Shown here piece by piece: positions 35,088-39,231 of a stretch of 39,231 nt of DNA. The DNA comes from a virus (taxonomy: Duplodnaviria; Caudoviricetes), in the IMG/VR virus record IMGVR_UViG_3300031938_000011, positions 1 through 39,231 of that record. One strand, given 5' to 3'. Every line of letters begins with the position of its first letter. Position 1 is the stretch's first letter. Both the position numbers and the translations under genes were made by a program. Under the pieces are notes generated by a model. The model saw only the letters and a program-made list of their open reading frames with translations. It was not told the DNA's origin and did not search any database.

Positions 35088-35482
35088 CACTTCGCCCCCG
35101 TACTGCGTGCAATCGACACCACGCGGAGCATGCCCCGGCCCTCGCTGGTGATGCGTCCCATGCCCTCGACCAGGTAGCCCTCGGCGTGTTCGTACCGGGG
35201 CGAGCCGATCAGCATGCCGTTGATGTCGAGGTGTTGAATCTTCCGGGTGCGGCACCGGCTGCACCGCAACGTGCGCTCGTACCCGCCGTCACGGTGGCGG
35301 CCCACGTTGAACGGCAACCAGTTGTGGGTCAGTTCTCGGCATTGCAGGAACTTGTCTGACATGCCCTCGGCCAACTCGCGTACCTCGTCCAACGACGCCT
35401 CGCCAGGCGGTCGGTCCGATGTCGCGTTGGTGTCGGGGTGTGGCACGGCCTTGAGACGGCGTGCCGTGGCGGTTTGCGCCAT
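35087..35482 (-). CDS. Hypothetical Zn-ribbon protein
   Basis: CRELTHNW...CSRC; RBS GGAGGAG. Confidence 0.7.
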   Translation of the reverse strand: MAQTATARRLKAVPHPDTNATSDRPPGEASLDEVRELAEGMSDKFLQCRELTHNWLPFNVGRHRDGGYERTLRCSRCRTRKIQHLDINGMLIGSPRYEHAEGYLVEGMGRITSEGRGMLRVVSIARSTGAK

Positions 35483-35552
35483 GCGTTGCTCCTCCATGTT
35501 GGTTGCCCGGGCGGGGCGGTTGGGTGGTGCTTGGGTCACACGGTACGCGGGG

Positions 35553-35765
35553 TCATGTCGCGTGGGCGACGACCCCACGCGGGCGAGTCTCAGGGGCGCG
35601 GTGGCGCACCTGTTCGCGGAGTTGGTGCACCGCTCGGTCCAGGGCGGTGTCCACCTCGTTTCGGGTGGTCCCGTCCGGCCACAGCAGATATAGGTCGGCG
35701 GTGACCACACCGCCCTCCGGCAATGGGACGTTGATTGCCACGTAAGCCGTGCGCCGAGTCGCCAC
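35553..35765 (-). CDS. Hypothetical protein, first gene of an early operon
   Basis: GTG start MATRRTAYVAINVPL after GAGGAGGAGCGAAATC. Confidence 0.65.
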   Translation of the reverse strand: MATRRTAYVAINVPLPEGGVVTADLYLLWPDGTTRNEVDTALDRAVHQLREQVRHRAPETRPRGVVAHAT

Positions 35766-35825
35766 GATTTCGCTCCTCCTCGACGGGCGGAATAGGGGAG
35801 GGGCCGCCCGCCGTCGAATACCAGC

Positions 35826-35855
35826 AGAGTAAAGGCACCGGACCGGGACAAGCAA
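35826..35855 (-). promoter_or_regulatory. Candidate promoter
   Basis: TTGCTT-18 nt-TACTCT right after the terminator. Confidence 0.45.
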
Positions 35856-35890
35856 AAAGCCCCCCAGCCCGTGGGATGGGCTGGGGGGCT
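35854..35890 (-). terminator. Rho-independent terminator ending the integrase operon
   Basis: 13-bp stem AGCCCCCCAGCCC / GGGCTGGGGGGCT followed by a T run on the minus strand. Confidence 0.85.
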
Positions 35891-35914
35891 CTACGCGGGC
35901 CGTGGGCTGGCTGG

Positions 35915-36199
35915 CTAACGCACCAGCACCTCGGTGGGCGACACCACCACCACGCGGCTGTACGAGCCGGTTTCCACCAACTCCTGGGCCACCCGCATGG
36001 CCACGGGGTCCACCCGACTGGTCCGCACGTCACCCGTGCGGGGTCGGCCCAACGGTGCCGGGCGGCGGCGACGCTTGGCCGGTGCCTCGGCCATGGCCTC
36101 CACGGTGCTGGGGGCCACGGTGGCCGTGGTGCGGATCGTGGGGCCTGCCGGGTCGGGCTTGCGTCGGGGGTCCTTCACCCGGCCCACCTTGGCGGTCAT
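35915..36199 (-). CDS. Basic hypothetical protein coupled to integrase
   Basis: MTAKVGRVKDPRRKP...; ATGA overlap with the integrase stop. Confidence 0.65.
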   Translation of the reverse strand: MTAKVGRVKDPRRKPDPAGPTIRTTATVAPSTVEAMAEAPAKRRRRPAPLGRPRTGDVRTSRVDPVAMRVAQELVETGSYSRVVVVSPTEVLVR

Positions 36200-37398
36200 G
36201 AGGCCACCACGCCCAACGTCGCGCCCTCGCCCATGAACTGGTCGAACGACTCGGCGGCCTGCATGGTCGCGGCCTCGTTGCCGTCCTGGTAGCGGTACGT
36301 CACGGCCACGGTGCTGTGCCCCAGCCATTCGGCCACGACGCGCGGTTGGTTGCCAGCCGACTCCAACAATTGGGCGCACGTGTTGCGCGCGCTGTGCAGC
36401 GTGTACGCCCCCACCCCGGCCTTGGCCAACACCCGGTCCCAGTTGTAGCGGTCCTGGGTGGCGCTGTACGGCGTGCGCTTGCCGGTGCAGAACACCAACT
36501 GTTCGGGGTCGGCGGTCCACCCCTTGGCGGCGTGTTCGGCCTTGAGCGCCCGCAGCCGGGCGGCCACGCGGGGCACCAACGGCACCACGCGGTCCCGGCT
36601 CGCCTTCGACTTGGGCGTGGTGAACACCAGCCCCTTGCCGACCTCGCGGCACACGCTGCGGCGAACCACGAGGAACGGCCTCGGCGCGTCCAGGTACACG
36701 TCGGACCACCGGAGCGCCAACGCCTCGCCCTGACGCAGCCCGCACAGCAATGCGACGTACGGGCGGGGGTTGTCGCCCGCCGCTGTCAGCACGGCCTCGG
36801 CCTGGGGCTTGGTCATGACCTCGCGGCGGCCCTGTTCGGTGCCGGGCGCGTCCACCAACTCGGCCACGTTGCGGCCCACCTTCCCCCAGCGGAAAGCCAC
36901 CTTGAGCGCCTGGTGCAACAACACGTGCACCTGACGGATGGTGCCCTCAGCCTTGCCCGCCTCGCGCATGGTCGTGTAGAGCCGCTCCACGTGCTCGGGG
37001 CCGAGCCGGTCGAGCCGGTGGTGGCCGAGGTGCGGGATCAGCCACGTGTTGACCCGCTGGCGCGCGCCCTTGATCGTGTTCACCTTCCAGCCCTTCTTGG
37101 CGGCGGTGGTCACGAGCCATTCCTCGATCCACTGCCCCACCGTCACGGCCTTGCCGATCACCGCCACGCCCTTGCGGTCGGCGGCGGCCAGGTCGCGCAT
37201 CTTGGCCGCCACCTCCTCCTGGCTGCGGCCATACAGCGTCTTGCGCACCCGCCTGCCGTCCGGGGCGGTCACGGTCACCCGCGCCCGCCAATAGCCCTTG
37301 CAACGGTGCTTGGGCCGCTTCCCGTCAACCAGCGCGGGGCATTCCTGGGTGTGGTGGCGGTCGATGGTGCCCTCGCCGTTGGTCCTACGTCGTGCCAT
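36196..37398 (-). CDS. int: Tyrosine integrase
   Basis: RRTNGEGTI arm domain; catalytic GLRQGE, TPKS, HSAR, LGHS, TYRY intact; RBS GAGGAG. Confidence 0.95.
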   Translation of the reverse strand: MARRRTNGEGTIDRHHTQECPALVDGKRPKHRCKGYWRARVTVTAPDGRRVRKTLYGRSQEEVAAKMRDLAAADRKGVAVIGKAVTVGQWIEEWLVTTAAKKGWKVNTIKGARQRVNTWLIPHLGHHRLDRLGPEHVERLYTTMREAGKAEGTIRQVHVLLHQALKVAFRWGKVGRNVAELVDAPGTEQGRREVMTKPQAEAVLTAAGDNPRPYVALLCGLRQGEALALRWSDVYLDAPRPFLVVRRSVCREVGKGLVFTTPKSKASRDRVVPLVPRVAARLRALKAEHAAKGWTADPEQLVFCTGKRTPYSATQDRYNWDRVLAKAGVGAYTLHSARNTCAQLLESAGNQPRVVAEWLGHSTVAVTYRYQDGNEAATMQAAESFDQFMGEGATLGVVAS

Positions 37399-37427
37399 GT
37401 TCGTTTCGCTCCTCGATAGGGGTTGAT

Positions 37428-37454
37428 GCCCCCCGGCCACGGTGGCCGGGGGGC
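37428..37454. terminator. 12-bp hairpin just upstream of the integrase RBS (attenuator-like)
   Basis: GCCCCCCGGCCA cgg TGGCCGGGGGGC. Confidence 0.55.
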
Positions 37455-37464
37455 GGGGGGTTGG

Positions 37465-37722
37465 TTAGGCGTCGCACGCCCGGGCGCTGCACGTCCAGGC
37501 GCTCAGCCGCACCACCTGGCCGGTGGTGTTGTCGTACCACTCGGAGAATCGGACGGCGTGGTCGCTGCCCTCCTGCACCACGTGGAAGCCGAACGCCATG
37601 AGGTCCTGACGGGCGGCCACGATCACCGGGGCCAATTCGGCCACCGTGGCGGCGGTGCCGATGCACACCGGGCGCTCGTCGTCGGTGCGCTTGCTGGCGT
37701 GTGCGTGCGGCGTGGCGGTCAT
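37465..37722 (-). CDS. Hypothetical protein
   Basis: MTATPHAHASKRTDDERPVCIG; ATGA coupling to the upstream gene. Confidence 0.65.
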   Translation of the reverse strand: MTATPHAHASKRTDDERPVCIGTAATVAELAPVIVAARQDLMAFGFHVVQEGSDHAVRFSEWYDNTTGQVVRLSAWTCSARACDA

Positions 37723-37991
37723 GCGCGTGCCGCCTGGTCGGCGTCGAACCCACAGTCGTCGCACAGCCGGGCGTCGCCCCGCTCGTGCACGTCCTCGACG
37801 GCGAACACCAAGCCGCAGCCGGTGCACGTGTCGGTGTCAATCAGCGTGATGGGACACCCGCCGATGCACGCGTCACCGCATGATGCCTGGTCGCACTCGG
37901 GGGTGTGATCGGCGGCGGCGTCGCCCTCCGGGTAGAGCCGGTCGAGTTCGGCCTGGCAATCCGCGCTCGGTGTGGTGAATCCGTGGGACAT
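37719..37991 (-). CDS. Cys/Asp-rich Zn-binding hypothetical protein
   Basis: CTGCG...LCDDCG plus further Cys; RBS GAGGAGCGAAC-ATG. Confidence 0.7.
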   Translation of the reverse strand: MSHGFTTPSADCQAELDRLYPEGDAAADHTPECDQASCGDACIGGCPITLIDTDTCTGCGLVFAVEDVHERGDARLCDDCGFDADQAARA

Positions 37992-38034
37992 GTTCGCTCC
38001 TCATTTGGCCGCCCGGGGTGGGTCGGCGCTACGC

Positions 38035-38310
38035 GCCAACGGTACCCCAACGTATGGCCCAATTAGCAGCCCAACGCCCCTGGACGCCCCTGGACGCCAA
38101 TGGACACCGGAGGTGGGGAATCGCCTTACGGCTAAGACGATTGTGGACGTGGGTGGACACCAATGGACACATGCCGGGGGGCATGGTGGATGTACTCGAA
38201 GTAATCGCAGTTTGGCAAAGTTTCGTGGGTGCCATTCGCGTACTGACCTGCGGTTTTACCCCCGTGGGGGTGGCCCAACGGGGCGGCGTGGCCCCTTTTT
38301 TGGCCCAACG
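38035..38310. other. Candidate attP region with repeat arrays
   Basis: TGGCCCAA at 38055, 38271, 38301; TGGAC(G/A) at 38081/91/101 and 38144/54/64; AT-richer centre; CTGACCTGCGGTTTT motif. Confidence 0.55.
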
Positions 38311-38336
38311 GTGCACGGCGCGTGCGCGGAGCGAGT

Positions 38337-38366
38337 TTGCGCGGCCCCCGGTCGGCTACTTAGGGT
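38337..38366 (+). promoter_or_regulatory. Candidate sigma-A-type promoter
   Basis: TTGCGC-18 nt-TAGGGT. Confidence 0.5.
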
Positions 38367-38665
38367 GTCGTTCGTCCCACCGTCAGCACGGGGCATGGGA
38401 GCGCCGCCCGGAATAGGGGCCGGTCGGCGTTCAACGCGTAGCACCCAGGGGGGGCAGGCGCGGACGTGCTGGCGGTGGCACCAAATCGGCCCCCGGGGTG
38501 CGTGTCTCCCCCGTCGCGTACCTCGGGGGTCAAACCGGCGCATCGGGGCGCGAGTCGATCCCAGGTCCACCCCGGTGCGCCACCCGGTGGCCTCGCCCCG
38601 ACGCCATGCCCCCCTATCGGTGCGGCCAGCGGGGCCACCGGCTCAACGTGAAGGAGCGCCCCGGT

Positions 38666-38902
38666 ATGGCCGTCCAGGTAGGCAGCGCCGTCAGCAGCCC
38701 GTGCCCCGCATGCGGCACCGTGGCCAAGCGCACGGCGTACGACGTGGGCAGCGGCCCCGAACTGTCCTGCGCCAGTTGTGAGTGGTGCTGGGGGGCCAAC
38801 GGCCAACCCCTGCGCCCGGTCACCCTGGGCGATGTGTGGGCGCACCGCACCCAGGGCACCCTGCCCGCCACGCTCCCCGAGTGGCGCGAGGATGACCGCT
38901 GA
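38666..38902 (+). CDS. Zn-ribbon hypothetical protein
   Basis: CPACG...CASC; RBS AAGGAG. Confidence 0.65.
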   Translation: MAVQVGSAVSSPCPACGTVAKRTAYDVGSGPELSCASCEWCWGANGQPLRPVTLGDVWAHRTQGTLPATLPEWREDDR

Positions 38903-39129
38903 TGGAGCACACCGCCGAGAATGACGCGAGGTTCACAGTCCAGCCCGGGACGGAGAACTACTACGACCGGATGACGTTGCAGGCTGCCCTGGCCGACACG
39001 ATCACGATGATCCAAGAGTGGAACTACAGCCAGGACCCACACGGCTACTGCCACTTCCGTCCCATGTTGATCCGACTGGTCGAGGCCGCCGAGCGCGTCA
39101 TTCCGCCCGAAAGGGGGCAGGTGCAGTGA
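38902..39129 (+). CDS. Hypothetical protein
   Basis: 75 aa; TGATG coupling; RBS GAGG. Confidence 0.65.
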   Translation: MEHTAENDARFTVQPGTENYYDRMTLQAALADTITMIQEWNYSQDPHGYCHFRPMLIRLVEAAERVIPPERGQVQ

Positions 39130-39231
39130 CCGCCGACCTGCTGCGCTGGTCCGCCGTGCGGGCACAGCGGCGGTGTGCGCGGCGCGGGCACGACTGGTTC
39201 CCCAACCTTGGCCCCAGCGAGTTCATCGTGC
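39126..39231 (+). CDS. Hypothetical protein, continues across the window join to position 68
   Basis: GTGA overlap; MTADLLRWSAVRAQRRCARRGHDWFPNLGPSEFIV continues as HREVHPDAPPRDG...* if the window is circularised. Confidence 0.5.
   Translation, partial: MTADLLRWSAVRAQRRCARRGHDWFPNLGPSEFIV

Noticed and set aside
38081-38170. Repeats as a possible CRISPR or mini-array
   Set aside because: Units are only 5-10 bp with no unique spacers; no cas genes
38200-38210. AGTAATCGCAG resembles a 16S rRNA segment
   Set aside because: Only 11 nt and the flanks do not match; likely coincidence

Overview
The window looks like a complete, circularly permuted ~39.2 kb genome of a GC-rich temperate actinobacterial siphophage (HK97-type capsid, probably cos packaging); the ORF at the right edge continues in frame into position 1. 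Most genes are on the minus strand. Read right to left, they are: a candidate attP, a tyrosine integrase, early regulators, an excisionase-like HTH, RusA, WhiB, a PD-(D/E)xK exonuclease, a DGQHR/ParB-like protein, split primase-polymerase and helicase, and HNH plus the likely cos region. Next comes a 7-deazaguanine DNA-modification cluster (PAPS-reductase-like, ParB-like, dpdA-like, queD, queE, folE; no queC) coupled to the terminase. Then follow a portal-MuF fusion, a thermonuclease, head and tail genes with a -1 frameshift chaperone, and a lysis cassette whose endolysin is an amidase-EEP fusion. The most notable observations are: (1) a candidate ~120 nt sRNA whose hairpin loop is complementary to the GAGGAGCGA(A) ribosome-binding sites of the integrase and other early genes, in a phage with no CI-type repressor; (2) the queC-less deazaguanine pathway; (3) a six-tract G-quadruplex motif beside the putative cos site; (4) the amidase-EEP lysin; (5) an Lsr2-like/C2H2 zinc-finger fusion. 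All calls come from reading motifs by eye; no searches or folding programs were run.
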